A DNA stretch of 64,000 nucleotides. Origin: an uncultured Chloroflexia bacterium (GTDB lineage: Bacteria; Chloroflexota; Chloroflexia; QHBQ01; JADMIH01). Shown here piece by piece: positions 37,984 through 48,390 of this stretch (its first letter is position 1; the number at the start of each line of letters is the position of its first letter). The notes under the pieces were generated by a model. The model saw only the letters and a list, made by a program, of their open reading frames with translations. It was not told the origin of the DNA and ran no database searches. The position numbers and the translations under genes are program-made. Location of the stretch: positions 96,001 to 160,000 of the forward strand of contig CAWCNY010000003.1 in NCBI GenBank assembly GCA_963797095.1, in the 5' to 3' direction.

Positions 37984-40644
37984 CTATTGCCTGCGTTTGG
38001 TTAGGCGGAAGTCTACGCGGCGGATGGCTACTCCTAACAGTAGCAATATGAGGGCGGGGGCCAGGAACCAGGGCCATAGCGGCTCGCTTTGCGGTGATGC
38101 GCCCTCCAGACCGGAGGCGTCGAGCGTCTGTTCGGGGTCGCGGAGGTAGGCAGCGCCGCCGTTGAGACGTTTAAGGAGGCGGTCGTTGGTGCCAGCGTGG
38201 AGGTATTCGATACCCGTGGGCACGCTCAGGCCAATTGTCTCGGTGGCGGCGGGGATATCGCCGGTGGCATCGCGGCGCACCAGCACTTCGTAGGTGCCTG
38301 GCTCGCCGAGGTTCACGTTCGCTTCGTAGTGGCCGGGAGCGGTTTGCAAGAGGCGGGTGCTCGTGACCACTCGCGAGGGAGAGCGCACGCCTGCGGTCAC
38401 GTCCGCCAGGTCGGCGAAGCTATTGTCGGGGTTGAGGCTTTCAACTTCGATGAGGGCGGGGGTGGTCGCACCGTTACTGCCCGAAAGCGTTTGCCCACCA
38501 TCTATTAATGATGCGTCAGGTTGCAGGAGCTTGCTGGCAGGGCTGCCCATCGTCCAGCGCACCGACTGGTTCCAGAATGTGTCGAAATCGGGCCAATCGT
38601 ACCAGCCCTCGCCCCAGCCCTGCCCTGCCTCCGATGTGAAGGCGAGCACGCGGCCCAGGCCGTATTGCCAGTGGGCTAACAGCGGATCGCCTGCGTCAGA
38701 AGTGAGGGCGGTCACGGCGTCGTCTTTGGCGACCGTGATGTCGTACCCGGATACCTGCGGGATGTCCTGGGGGCGCAGGCCGCGCAGCGCCGGGCTTTGG
38801 GCCGAGAGGTGAGGTTGAATATCGCCCAGGAGGATTGCCTCGCGGGTGGCGAGGTCGATCTCTTTGAACACTATTTTGGGCAGATTCTCAGGCTGCTCGG
38901 TGAAGTAGTATCGACCCATGCCGTCGCGGGCCAGATCGATCAGGAAATCTTTAGACACGTCGCGCCCGATGCCAATAGTCGAAAGATGGATGTTGTCGGC
39001 ACGCAACCCGTCTAGGAGGGAGGTGTAGTCGTGGAAGCCCTGCTCCATGCCGTCGGTCAGCAACACCAGGTGGCGGGTTGGCGCGTTCAATTGGCGCATG
39101 GCGCGGGCGGCTTCCTCCACCGCCGGGTAGATGGCCGTGGTGTTGCCTGTACGAGTGCTGCCGATATCGGCCTTGATCCTCTCCTTATCGGCAGCACTCG
39201 TAATGACCTGGGGCTGCACAACCCATTCCCATCTGTTGTCGAAGGCGATCAGGCCAACGGTATCACCTTCGCGCAGGGAATCGACGGCCAGTTGAGCCGC
39301 AGCCACGGCCATGCTGAACTTATTTACGTTGCTACCGTCGTAGTCGGCGAAATCGCGCATGCTGGACGAACGGTCAAGGACCAGGATGAGCGCGGTGTCG
39401 CCCTCTTGCGGGCGCGGGGCGGGGCGCGACGACACCGGCATCACGTCCTCGAACACGCTGTCAACATAGTCGCCTTTGCCGAAGGCGGTCGGCCCGCCAA
39501 TAGCGACCAGCCCGCCACCGTAGCGGCGCACATACTCCTGTAATGTGCGTTGCTGGTCGAGGGTAAAGCTGGTTGCCGACATATCCACCAGCACCACCGA
39601 GTCGTAGCCCTCCAGCGCCTCGACCTTCGGTGTAATCGCCGACGGGAAGGCGAGATCAACGTCCATGCCCTGGTTGCGCAGCACATCGGCCATCAGTTCG
39701 CCTTCGTTGTCGCGCTCCTCCAGCACCAGCACGCGGGGAGCAGGTTTGACCACCAATCCGGCGTAGAGATTGTTGTTGTCCGGGAAAGTGTCGGCTCCTG
39801 AAGCGGGGCGCAGTTGCACCTCCACGCGGTGGAAGCCCTCGGCTCCCGCCTTTTGTTCAAGCGAAAGGCGATTCTCTCCCTGTTGCAGAATCAGCACTCG
39901 TGAGGAAGCGGGCTGGCCGTCTACCAGGATCTGCAAGGTGGCGGTGGTAGGAGTGGCGCTATACACGCGAAGGTCGCTATCCACGGTGTCGCCCACGCGA
40001 GCATAGCTCTGCATGGAAATGCCTTCGGCCACCACCTCGTGGTCGCCCAGGGCGGTCAGCGCGACGGATTGGAGGTCGATTCCACGGGAGCGAAGGCGCG
40101 CCGCCTCCTCGTCCGCAGAGCCATGCGTCTCCCAACCGTCGCTCACAAGCACGATGCGCCTCCTACCATCGTCGCCTAACAAGCCACCCGCCAGTCGAAG
40201 CCCACTTTCGAGGTCGGTGCTAAGGCTTCCCGCCCGAGCGCCCGTGGCATTTTGATCGGCGTCCGCCCAGGTGCCATCTTCGACCTGCTGGGGTTGGAGC
40301 AAGGTGGCCTCTGCCCCTACAGCGACAAAGTGGAGGGTATCTTCAGGGGTAGCGCTGTGCAGCACATCCCTCGCGTACTCGATGGTGGCGGCCCGGCTGG
40401 CTGGGCTGATGCTCGCGGAGGCGTCGAGTACGAGCACCAGATCGAGGCGCGGGTCGGGGTTGACGAGCACAGGCTGAGCCAGGGCGACCACCATGAGGAC
40501 CGCGCTTGTGCCCTGTAAGGCGGTCGAGAGATTGCGCCGCAATCGTGACAGGGCGCGCAGCCTGAGTGCGGGAAGGAGCACGATTGGCAGCACGACCGCA
40601 AACAAGAGGAGCATTTCGGGACGAAGCAGGGCGAACTCGCTCAT
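37984..40644 (-). CDS. membrane protein with two VWA domains and a glutamine-amidotransferase-like domain
   Basis: DASAS and DRSSSM MIDAS motifs, SDG/TDG, WQYGLGR; ATGA coupling to the upstream gene. Confidence 0.85.
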   Translation of the reverse strand: MSEFALLRPEMLLLFAVVLPIVLLPALRLRALSRLRRNLSTALQGTSAVLMVVALAQPVLVNPDPRLDLVLVLDASASISPASRAATIEYARDVLHSATPEDTLHFVAVGAEATLLQPQQVEDGTWADADQNATGARAGSLSTDLESGLRLAGGLLGDDGRRRIVLVSDGWETHGSADEEAARLRSRGIDLQSVALTALGDHEVVAEGISMQSYARVGDTVDSDLRVYSATPTTATLQILVDGQPASSRVLILQQGENRLSLEQKAGAEGFHRVEVQLRPASGADTFPDNNNLYAGLVVKPAPRVLVLEERDNEGELMADVLRNQGMDVDLAFPSAITPKVEALEGYDSVVLVDMSATSFTLDQQRTLQEYVRRYGGGLVAIGGPTAFGKGDYVDSVFEDVMPVSSRPAPRPQEGDTALILVLDRSSSMRDFADYDGSNVNKFSMAVAAAQLAVDSLREGDTVGLIAFDNRWEWVVQPQVITSAADKERIKADIGSTRTGNTTAIYPAVEEAARAMRQLNAPTRHLVLLTDGMEQGFHDYTSLLDGLRADNIHLSTIGIGRDVSKDFLIDLARDGMGRYYFTEQPENLPKIVFKEIDLATREAILLGDIQPHLSAQSPALRGLRPQDIPQVSGYDITVAKDDAVTALTSDAGDPLLAHWQYGLGRVLAFTSEAGQGWGEGWYDWPDFDTFWNQSVRWTMGSPASKLLQPDASLIDGGQTLSGSNGATTPALIEVESLNPDNSFADLADVTAGVRSPSRVVTSTRLLQTAPGHYEANVNLGEPGTYEVLVRRDATGDIPAATETIGLSVPTGIEYLHAGTNDRLLKRLNGGAAYLRDPEQTLDASGLEGASPQSEPLWPWFLAPALILLLLGVAIRRVDFRLTKRRQ

Positions 40645-42491
40645 GCGGAACCTCGTTTCCAGCAATAGACAAGCCATTCACCCGCCAGCAGGGCAAGGGC
40701 CACACCGGCCAGCGGCAGCCAGAACTCGACATGCTTAACTTCGCCGCCACTGCCGGAGCGCGGGCTGTTCAACTCAGGGTGGGACCACTCGGCCGGAGCG
40801 GTGTTGCCGGGGTCGTCGGAGAGGTTGACCGCGAACTGTATATCGTGCTGCCCGTCCACGGCTCCGGCTGGGCTGACGCCATAAATACCCGCTTCATCCG
40901 TGTCGAGGAAGAGGCCGGTCGGTCCTGTGTCTACCTTCAACCCGCCGGGGGTATGCACCACAGAGCCTGGAGCAAGCCTCAGCGACTCGCCGGGGGTGAC
41001 TGCCTGCGTGCCCGCCAGCGGATAAAGCCAATCGGTGATGTTCGCCATCAGCAGAGGGAAAGCCGCCAGCTTGGGGAGGTTCGATTCACGCGGGTCGAAC
41101 GTGAGCACGACCACTCGCCTGCCGTCCTGCTCTCCTGCCAGCAATAGCGGGCCGGAAGGCGAATCGACAAGCGTTTCCAGCCAGTCGGGGGCCTCCACGC
41201 TGTGGGCCTCCGACACCAGCAAGGCGCTAAGATCTATACCCTTTAGGAGAGGGTGGTCGCTCTCCAGAACAATGGGACGAACGTCGCCTGCCCTGCCCGT
41301 GAGGTGCAAAGTATAGGCTTCACCCGCCGGAGAGGAGGCTGTGTTCTCAACGGCGGTATTCACCAGCACCAAACCGCCCTGGGGCAGGGGTGCGCCGGGT
41401 GCGCCTTCAACGACCGTGAAGGCAAAACTGCCTGACGTACCCAGCGTGGCGCTCACTGGTGCCACACCATCGATCACGGATAGGGCGCGTATGAAGAGGT
41501 CGGGCCGGGAGGAAACGACCGCTACCTTATGCTCCCCGTCCACCGGCAGGAAGATAACGGCTTGGTCGTCGGCGCTGAGGGCATCGGCGGTTGTAACGCT
41601 GACCGTGAAGCGCACCGTGCGGGCGGGCACCTGCCAGGTGAGGCCAACCGAACCACCGGGCGGTACACTCTGAGTGCGCTCCGGTAGAGGGACAGTGTCG
41701 GCCAGGGCCTTGACGGTGATGTTGGCCTCGGTCTGGGAGGTGCTTTCGATGCGGGCATAGGCGATCCAGCCGGCGCGACCATCGGGCGGCCTGCGCGCAC
41801 TGAGGGCCACCACCGATACGTTGGCGTTGCTGCTCGTCGAGCCGACCCGCACGAAAGTGAGCGACATAGGAGGCAATCCCTCGGTCGAGAGGCTGCCGAA
41901 TTGCCCATCTGAGATCACTGTAACGGGCAAGGCCGAACCATCGGCGGCGCGCCGGGCAAGACCGGCAGCCACGCTCAACATACCCTCCATGTCGGCGCGA
42001 CCTGCCCCCGGCTGCATAGCGTCAACAGCGGCCAGCAGATCGCTATGCGAGCAGTTGGCGCAGGCGGTAGTAACATTGGCCCCCACGCGCAGGAGGGTGG
42101 CGCTGTCCTCGGCGTTCATATCCGCCACGGCGCTCTTCGCCTCGTCCCTGGCGGCATCGAAGCGGGTGCGGTTGGAGGACGAGCCAAGCAGAGTGCGCAT
42201 GCTGCCCGAGGCGTCAATGGCGATCACGCGGTTGCCCCCGGCGGGGGCGGTGAAGGCGGGCTGGGCAAGGGCCAAAGCACCGGCGGCTAGCAGGATGGCT
42301 TGCAGAATGAGCAGGATGGAGAGCGGCGGCCTGCGCAACCGGGAGGTGGAGCGCTCGACGTTGGGCAGGGCGCGCCATAAGCGCAAACTGGGCACGAGCG
42401 TGCGCCTGCGCTTCGGCCTGAGCATGTAGACGAGGACGAGAGCGGGCACCAGCGCAAGCCAAAGCGCGCCCAGCCAGTTGAGAAAGCTCAT
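40641..42491 (-). CDS. BatA-domain/VWA membrane protein
   Basis: N-terminal BatA-like LVYMLRPKRRRTLVPSLRLW, DASGSM MIDAS and C-terminal LAGEW TM. Confidence 0.85.
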   Translation of the reverse strand: MSFLNWLGALWLALVPALVLVYMLRPKRRRTLVPSLRLWRALPNVERSTSRLRRPPLSILLILQAILLAAGALALAQPAFTAPAGGNRVIAIDASGSMRTLLGSSSNRTRFDAARDEAKSAVADMNAEDSATLLRVGANVTTACANCSHSDLLAAVDAMQPGAGRADMEGMLSVAAGLARRAADGSALPVTVISDGQFGSLSTEGLPPMSLTFVRVGSTSSNANVSVVALSARRPPDGRAGWIAYARIESTSQTEANITVKALADTVPLPERTQSVPPGGSVGLTWQVPARTVRFTVSVTTADALSADDQAVIFLPVDGEHKVAVVSSRPDLFIRALSVIDGVAPVSATLGTSGSFAFTVVEGAPGAPLPQGGLVLVNTAVENTASSPAGEAYTLHLTGRAGDVRPIVLESDHPLLKGIDLSALLVSEAHSVEAPDWLETLVDSPSGPLLLAGEQDGRRVVVLTFDPRESNLPKLAAFPLLMANITDWLYPLAGTQAVTPGESLRLAPGSVVHTPGGLKVDTGPTGLFLDTDEAGIYGVSPAGAVDGQHDIQFAVNLSDDPGNTAPAEWSHPELNSPRSGSGGEVKHVEFWLPLAGVALALLAGEWLVYCWKRGSA

Positions 42492-43573
42492 GCGGTAGTC
42501 ACTCCGCGCCGCCTGAGAGTGTCCAACAAGATGCGCTCTATGTCGGCATCGCTCATCACGCGCAGGTAGCTCGCGCCCTGCGACCGGCAGTAATCGGCGG
42601 TATCAGTCAGCCAACTTTGCACGCGCCTGTCGTACTCGGCCATGCCTTCGCGGCCCAGGTAGATCTCAAGGCGCTCGCCAGTTTCGCTGTCTATCAATTC
42701 GAGATCGCCCGTTTCGACCGGCGCGATCTCCTGTGGGCTTACTATGTGCATTACATTGGTCTGGTAGCCCGCCGTTACCAGGGCGCGCAGGCCATCCCGC
42801 CAGCCGTCCAGCAACAGGTCGCTGATTACGACAACGATACGGCCCTGCCCGCGACCAGGGTTATCTCCCGCCCAACCGACGAGGTAGCCATCGAAGTTCG
42901 ACACGGAACGGGTGCGCAGCCCCTGCAAAAGCCGGAACATCTCTCCCGATTCGGCGCGCCCGCGAAATCGCTGAACAACCGATGGCGGATTGGACGCCGG
43001 AGCCTGGGCCGGTCCCAATCCCTCAATAGAGCCTGGCGTTGCCATGACGACCGAGTCGAGGTGGGCCAGGGCAATATACCCGAAGGAGGCCGCCAGCCTG
43101 CGGGCGGTCATAAACTTGGAAGGCGTGCCAAAGCCCATCGAGGGGCTGGCGTCGAGCAATAGATATAGATTGGTGTCGTGCTCGGCCTGGGCCTGGCGCA
43201 CGTGCAGAGTGCCGAGGCGTGCGTAAGTGTTCCAATCCACGCGGCGCAAATCATCGCCCACGCTGTAAGGGCGGAAGTCGGCGAATTCGATACCAATAGT
43301 GCGCCTGTTGGCCGCGTGCTCGCCCATCAGGCCGCCGATCAGGTCGTGCCCCACGCTGAGCGATATCCGGTCGAGCTTGCGCAGAAGCTCGGTATCTACA
43401 ACCAGGCCCTCGTCCCCGGCGACGGCTTGCGCGCCGCTGCCCGCCCGACTTCCAAGAGAGCGAAACCAGCGGGTTACGGACGGAGGACGGAGGGCGAAGG
43501 ACGGAGGACGATTGCGTTGGGATGGGGCGATTTCGTCTTCCGTCCTCCGTCCTTCGTCCCTCCGCACGCTCAC
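42488..43573 (-). CDS. DUF58 domain protein
   Basis: EFADFRPYSVGDDLRRVDWN, DASPSM and VISDL; follows moxR. Confidence 0.9.
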   Translation of the reverse strand: MSVRRDEGRRTEDEIAPSQRNRPPSFALRPPSVTRWFRSLGSRAGSGAQAVAGDEGLVVDTELLRKLDRISLSVGHDLIGGLMGEHAANRRTIGIEFADFRPYSVGDDLRRVDWNTYARLGTLHVRQAQAEHDTNLYLLLDASPSMGFGTPSKFMTARRLAASFGYIALAHLDSVVMATPGSIEGLGPAQAPASNPPSVVQRFRGRAESGEMFRLLQGLRTRSVSNFDGYLVGWAGDNPGRGQGRIVVVISDLLLDGWRDGLRALVTAGYQTNVMHIVSPQEIAPVETGDLELIDSETGERLEIYLGREGMAEYDRRVQSWLTDTADYCRSQGASYLRVMSDADIERILLDTLRRRGVTTA

Positions 43574-44559
43574 GCCTTCACCTCTTCCAGGATCATGTTC
43601 AGCACCGTGTCGGCATCCACGTTTTGCAGTTGGGCCTCTACGTTGAGCACGATTCGGTGGCGAAGGGCCGGGAGAGCTACGCGGCGAAGGTCTTCAAATG
43701 AGACGTTGTAGCGCCCGGACATAACGGCGTTGACCTTACCCGCGAGCACAACCGATTGGATGGCGCGCGGGCTTGCTCCATAGCGAACAAGCTTGCGCGA
43801 GCTGGCGACTCCCACATCGCCTTCGGGGTGAGTAGCCATCACAAGGCGGGCGGCGTAGTCGAGTACAGGCTCGGCAATGGGCACATCGCGAATGAGAGCC
43901 TGCAAATCGAGCAATTGCTCGCCGTTCAGGACAACGCGCGCCCGGCGTTCGGCCCTGCCCGTAGTGCGGCGGGCGATCTCTTTCAACTCATCGGGCGACG
44001 GGTAGCCCACTATCAACTTGAAGAAGAAGCGGTCAAGCTGGGCTTCGGGCAGGGGATATGTGCCTTGCAGGTCTATCGGGTTCTGGGTCGCCAGCACGAA
44101 GAAAGGCTGCGGCAGGCGGTGGGTGACCCTCCCTATCGTGACTGAGTACTCCTGCATGGCCTCAAGCATGGCGGATTGGGTGCGCGGGGTGGCCCTGTTG
44201 ATCTCGTCCGCCAGGATAAGATGGGCGAAGATGGGGCCGGGCTGGAACGAGAAGGCCCGCCCATCATTTCCTTCCACGATTACATCGGTACCTACAATGT
44301 CGGCAGGGAGGAGGTCGGGCGTAAACTGGATGCGACTGTAACTGAGGTCGATGCACTCGGAAAGCGTGCGCACCAGCAGGGTCTTGCCCAGGCCGGGCAC
44401 CCCTTCAAGCAGGACATGCCCGCCCGCCAGCAGCGCTGTGAGCACTCCGCGCACTACGTTCCGCTGCCCCACGATGACTCCCGCAAGCTCATCCTCCAGC
44501 GTAGCAACAAGCCTCCGGATGCTCTCACCTATTTCTATCTCCTGTGGTGTGGTGTTCAA
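43570..44559 (-). CDS. moxR: MoxR-family AAA+ ATPase
   Basis: LLEGVPGLGKT, RIQFTPDLLPADI, LADEINRA, ATQNPI and PLPEAQLDRF. Confidence 0.95.
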   Translation of the reverse strand: MNTTPQEIEIGESIRRLVATLEDELAGVIVGQRNVVRGVLTALLAGGHVLLEGVPGLGKTLLVRTLSECIDLSYSRIQFTPDLLPADIVGTDVIVEGNDGRAFSFQPGPIFAHLILADEINRATPRTQSAMLEAMQEYSVTIGRVTHRLPQPFFVLATQNPIDLQGTYPLPEAQLDRFFFKLIVGYPSPDELKEIARRTTGRAERRARVVLNGEQLLDLQALIRDVPIAEPVLDYAARLVMATHPEGDVGVASSRKLVRYGASPRAIQSVVLAGKVNAVMSGRYNVSFEDLRRVALPALRHRIVLNVEAQLQNVDADTVLNMILEEVKA

Positions 44560-44572
44560 AGATGCTCCTTGT

Positions 44573-46351
44573 CTATCTGCTCTCCGGGCTAAAGTACTTC
44601 TGCACTATGCCCCAGCGCTCCATTGGAGGTGCTGTTGTCTCGCCCGTGGCATCGACGGGGCCGCCCTGCGATGGGCTGGTGGCCCCGCCCGAGTTGCTCG
44701 CATCTCCTTCAAGGGTCATGGCGGGAGGCTCCTGCCCATTTCCTGGGCGAAGGTTATTGGGGTCGGCCTCGTCGCCCTGGAGCGCGAAGGGGTCTCCGTC
44801 CACATCGAGGCCCTGCCCCTTGGGGCCGTCCACCCTGCTCCCCTCGCCGGGCAAGCCGGGATCGCCAGCGCCGCTCCCCTGGCCCTGGTCCGATTGAGGA
44901 CCACCTGGCGCGCCCTGAGAAGGGCTGCCGGAGCCGTCGTCACCTGTGCCGGGCTGGGGTTGCTGGCCGTTATCGGCGGCGTCAGGTTGAGTGATGCCGC
45001 CCTGCCCCTGTTGGCTGCTATCGCCGGGCTGGCTACTCTGGTCCTGGCTTTGCTGGCCGTCGTCGCTCGAATCTTGCTGATTGCTCTGCCCGTTTTGCCC
45101 CGCTGCGGGCGTAGTGCTTGCCGATGGCTGGGTCGGGAAGTTCTTGGCGAGGTCTTGCTGAGGAACCACCTGATCGCCCGTATCTTTTACTGCCTGGCCC
45201 AGGTCGTCCATCGCTTTCTTTATCTCGCCGTAGGTGCCGTTGCGAAGGGCGTCGGCCGCCTTGCGCTCGGCGTCCCGGAGGTCCGGCGTATCGGAGGAAT
45301 CGTCGGCGGCAGAATCGAGGCTCTCGGCCAGTGCCTCTTTGGCGTCCTGCGATAACTGGTCGTTGTTGTCTCCCAGTTGGGAGAGCGCATCGCCGGCGGC
45401 GTTGTAGTCGCCCTGGCGTATGCTGTCGGCGATGCTCTGAGTTACGCCTTGTTCATCGAGCGCACCCGCCAATCGTTGCAGCGATTTCTCGGCCTGGCGC
45501 GACGCCTCGGCTTGCTGCTGTGCCGCGTCGGCTGATATGGAGGGTCCGGACGCTGAGGTGCTGCCCTGCCCACCGTTGCTGTCGGGCACGCCCGGCTGAT
45601 TGGATTGGCCCTGCTGGTCGGAATCGGAACTGGAGGGTGGGGTACCGGCCTGGGTATCGTCGCTGTTGGCGTCCGGAAGGCCGGATAGAGCGGTGGCGGT
45701 GGGCACGGCCGCGCCCGCACCCAGGCCGGGGGGCAGACCTCCCGAAGCAAGCGCGAAATCGTCGTTCGCGCCCTTCAGAAGCCAGATCCCCACAGCGATC
45801 ACCAGCAGACCGCCCGCGATAGTCAGTTGAGCGACTGGCATGCGAGCCGGGTAAAGAGCGCGAGGCTCAACGCCCGCCAGCAGGCGCGCCGTAGAAGAAA
45901 GCTGGGCGCTCGCCATAATCGACGCCTGTGACGCAACCGGACTAACTCCTGCTTGTTTGCCATTCAGCAGTTCAACCGAGGTGAGCACGCGCTGGCGGTC
46001 GTCAAGCAGCGAATCAAGCGTACGCGCGGTATCGAAGGGCGTAGGCTGGCGTATGGCTTCGTAGAGGAGAGCCATACCCGGCATCAAGAGCGAGAGTCCT
46101 ATGCCAAGCGGCAGCGCCAGAGAGAAGCCTGCATTGAAATAGGGGAGGGCAGCCAACACAAGCCACAGAAGTCCAACACCAACGGCAGCAAGGCCAAGAT
46201 AGCGCCTGCGTCGATCTTTGCGCAGCAGTATCCTGTACTCAGCCAGCCTAGAATCCAAACTCGGAGGATCGGATTGCACCGCCTGTGTGGGCGCTTGTTC
46301 GGGCGTGGGTGGGGTTAGACGACCACCCTGCTGGATGTTAGTTATAGCCAA
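44573..46351 (-). CDS. hypothetical membrane protein with a coiled-coil and low-complexity Q/G/D tail
   Basis: Three TM segments; TTG start after an AAAGGAG RBS overlapping the upstream stop; C-terminal VQKYF typical of MoxR-operon partners. Confidence 0.75.
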   Translation of the reverse strand: MAITNIQQGGRLTPPTPEQAPTQAVQSDPPSLDSRLAEYRILLRKDRRRRYLGLAAVGVGLLWLVLAALPYFNAGFSLALPLGIGLSLLMPGMALLYEAIRQPTPFDTARTLDSLLDDRQRVLTSVELLNGKQAGVSPVASQASIMASAQLSSTARLLAGVEPRALYPARMPVAQLTIAGGLLVIAVGIWLLKGANDDFALASGGLPPGLGAGAAVPTATALSGLPDANSDDTQAGTPPSSSDSDQQGQSNQPGVPDSNGGQGSTSASGPSISADAAQQQAEASRQAEKSLQRLAGALDEQGVTQSIADSIRQGDYNAAGDALSQLGDNNDQLSQDAKEALAESLDSAADDSSDTPDLRDAERKAADALRNGTYGEIKKAMDDLGQAVKDTGDQVVPQQDLAKNFPTQPSASTTPAAGQNGQSNQQDSSDDGQQSQDQSSQPGDSSQQGQGGITQPDAADNGQQPQPGTGDDGSGSPSQGAPGGPQSDQGQGSGAGDPGLPGEGSRVDGPKGQGLDVDGDPFALQGDEADPNNLRPGNGQEPPAMTLEGDASNSGGATSPSQGGPVDATGETTAPPMERWGIVQKYFSPESR

Positions 46352-47853
46352 TCCGCGCTCTCCTTTCGTGTAATCAAGCTCGCTTGCGCGGTCCCCTGTG
46401 CGCTTGCGCGTCCCGTTGAGGGAGCGGTTTGAAGACGCCGGCGCATTGTGATCAAAACACCTGCGGCCACTACCCCCAGACCCGCTATGAGCACAGCCAC
46501 ACCCATAAAGACCGAGTAGCGCGACCACTCGGCTACCATCTCGGCAGCCTGGTTAGCCCGCGCCGTGTCGCCCAGTTGGGCAAATACCTCGCCCGCCGCG
46601 CGGGCATCGGTGCGTGCGCCCGGCAGGTCGAGGGTACCTGCCTTTGCGAGGGCGCTGTCCATCAGTTGCACCGCACCCAGGCCTTTTTGCGCCAGCTGCA
46701 ATGTTTGATCCACCGACTGCGCGTGCGAATCGAGGGCAAGGCTGGAGAAGGTGTTCCAGGCAGATTGCGCGTTACCGTAAGCCGTTCTGTAATCGTATGC
46801 TTCGAGGGCCGTGCGTGCACTGGTTGCCTGGGCCTGCGCCAGGCTTGCGCGTTGCGATTTGTCAAGGTAATCGCCCGCAGTGGCCGCACGATCCGCTCTT
46901 CCAAGCTGGTTATATAGCTGCTGCGAATGCTCGAAATGGTCGGCAGCCTCGTCAAACTTGCCCCCATCGAATAGCGCGATGCCTGGGCTTAGGTCGTAAT
47001 ATGTCAGGAGGTTGGTTTGCCAGCCCCCCGCGAGGAATGTAGGAAGCCAGTTGCGCCACTCCCTATCCAGGCTGCGAGCCGAGTAGCCGTATACTTCGAA
47101 CAGGGCACTTGACCAATCTTCGCCGCCCTTCAGGGTCGCCAGGTATCTGCCAAAATAGTCCATCCCATACCTGTCGGCAAAGAAGGCCATCATGCTGTAA
47201 GCTTCCGGATAGGCAAGTTCGGGGACCTGGGTGAACCTCCACCGGTCGTTTAGCTCGGTAAGTGAGAGGAAGGTCACGCCATGATCCTGAGCATTGCGCA
47301 GGTATTGAGCCGAGGCCTGGGCGCGGCTGGTGGAAAGCTCGTTGTACTGGGCAAGCCCTTCCTGGAAGCCAATGGGAAGGTTTTGATCGGAGAGCTCGCC
47401 AGCCACCATGTGAGTCATCTCGTGGCGAAAGCTTGCGCGGGCGACCTCCGGTTCGACCTGTCGCAAACGCTCCACCGCTACCCCTATTTCCAGTTTGCCG
47501 GGTATGGCGTGTGCCATGATCCCGGCGTGCTCGCCCGCAATGGGGTTGGCGATTATATAGTCAGCTTCGGTTGAGTATATATGAAGGGTCAGCCAGGTAA
47601 GAGGGTCACTGCCTAGCATCTCGGATACCGCGTCGTCCACGTCATCTATAAAGCCCGCATACCAATCCGCCGATGCCTCTTCACCTTCCGGGTAAATAAT
47701 GGTGAAGTAGCGAGTCTGCTCCGTCTTTTCCTGGGTAGATTGCGCCAGGGCACGCGAGGCCAGGGCCGGCGAGATGAGGGTCGCCAGCGCGGCCAGCAGA
47801 AGGAGGAGAGGTTGGAAGAGACGCCACAAGGACCGTGGTGGTTCGGCTTTCAT
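46342..47853 (-). CDS. secreted/membrane-anchored gluzincin (peptidase MA-like) metalloprotease
   Basis: Signal peptide, HEMTH plus EGLAQY, helical repeat region and C-terminal TM. Confidence 0.85.
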   Translation of the reverse strand: MKAEPPRSLWRLFQPLLLLLAALATLISPALASRALAQSTQEKTEQTRYFTIIYPEGEEASADWYAGFIDDVDDAVSEMLGSDPLTWLTLHIYSTEADYIIANPIAGEHAGIMAHAIPGKLEIGVAVERLRQVEPEVARASFRHEMTHMVAGELSDQNLPIGFQEGLAQYNELSTSRAQASAQYLRNAQDHGVTFLSLTELNDRWRFTQVPELAYPEAYSMMAFFADRYGMDYFGRYLATLKGGEDWSSALFEVYGYSARSLDREWRNWLPTFLAGGWQTNLLTYYDLSPGIALFDGGKFDEAADHFEHSQQLYNQLGRADRAATAGDYLDKSQRASLAQAQATSARTALEAYDYRTAYGNAQSAWNTFSSLALDSHAQSVDQTLQLAQKGLGAVQLMDSALAKAGTLDLPGARTDARAAGEVFAQLGDTARANQAAEMVAEWSRYSVFMGVAVLIAGLGVVAAGVLITMRRRLQTAPSTGRASAQGTAQASLITRKESADWL

Positions 47854-48084
47854 AGGGCTAACACTCTAGGGGGAACGGTCTGCTGAGGGCTGGAAGGAGA
47901 CGGAGCGCTCCTGTAGGCGGGCAACCGAGGACACTTGGGGCCGCGATTCGATTATACCAGAGCGGCGGGGGCGAGCGCCACAAAACTAACTGATATTGGT
48001 ACACCATTAATACGAACGGGGTTTCACACCCGGTTGCCGGTTCCGGTAGCGTTCCGGTGGCGTTCGGTGAGGAACCCGATCACT

Positions 48085-48113
48085 TTGACTCGCGCCTGCG
48101 CTTCGGGTATAAT
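48085..48113 (+). promoter_or_regulatory. strong sigma70 promoter for the stable-RNA cluster
   Basis: TTGACT-17 bp-TATAAT. Confidence 0.85.
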
Positions 48114-48129
48114 TGTTAAGCGCCGGCGA

Positions 48130-48154
48130 TCCGGGGTCGTCTAACGGTAGGACA
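48130..48154 (+). pseudogene. 5' fragment of a tRNA (Gln-like acceptor strand plus D arm)
   Basis: TCCGGGG-TC-GTCTAACGGTAGGAC-A just after the promoter; no matching 3' half found. Confidence 0.55.
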
Positions 48155-48390
48155 ATGAGACTACCTCTAACGCGAAGAGGCTGAAGAGACGCTTGATAGA
48201 AGTAGGATTATTGCAGGATACATGCGCAGAATGTGGACAGAGAGCCGAGTGGCAAGGTAAACCGTTGGTGCTGGTATTGGATCACATCAATGGAAACAGC
48301 CAGGACCACCGCCTTGAAAACCTGAGGTTGCTCTGCCCCAACTGTAACAGTCAAACAGCAACATTCTGCGGCAGAAACGTTCGGCAGTAG
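48151..48390 (+). pseudogene. HNH endonuclease C-terminal fragment
   Basis: LKRRL...CAECG...W.GKPLVLVLDHINGNSQDHRLENLRLLCPNCNSQT; no good start or RBS; stop overlaps tRNA-Gln. Confidence 0.75.

Noticed and set aside
37984-47853. MoxR-DUF58-VWA operon as a novel system
   Set aside because: This is a widespread, known gene arrangement and nothing unusual stands out beyond the upstream peptidase.
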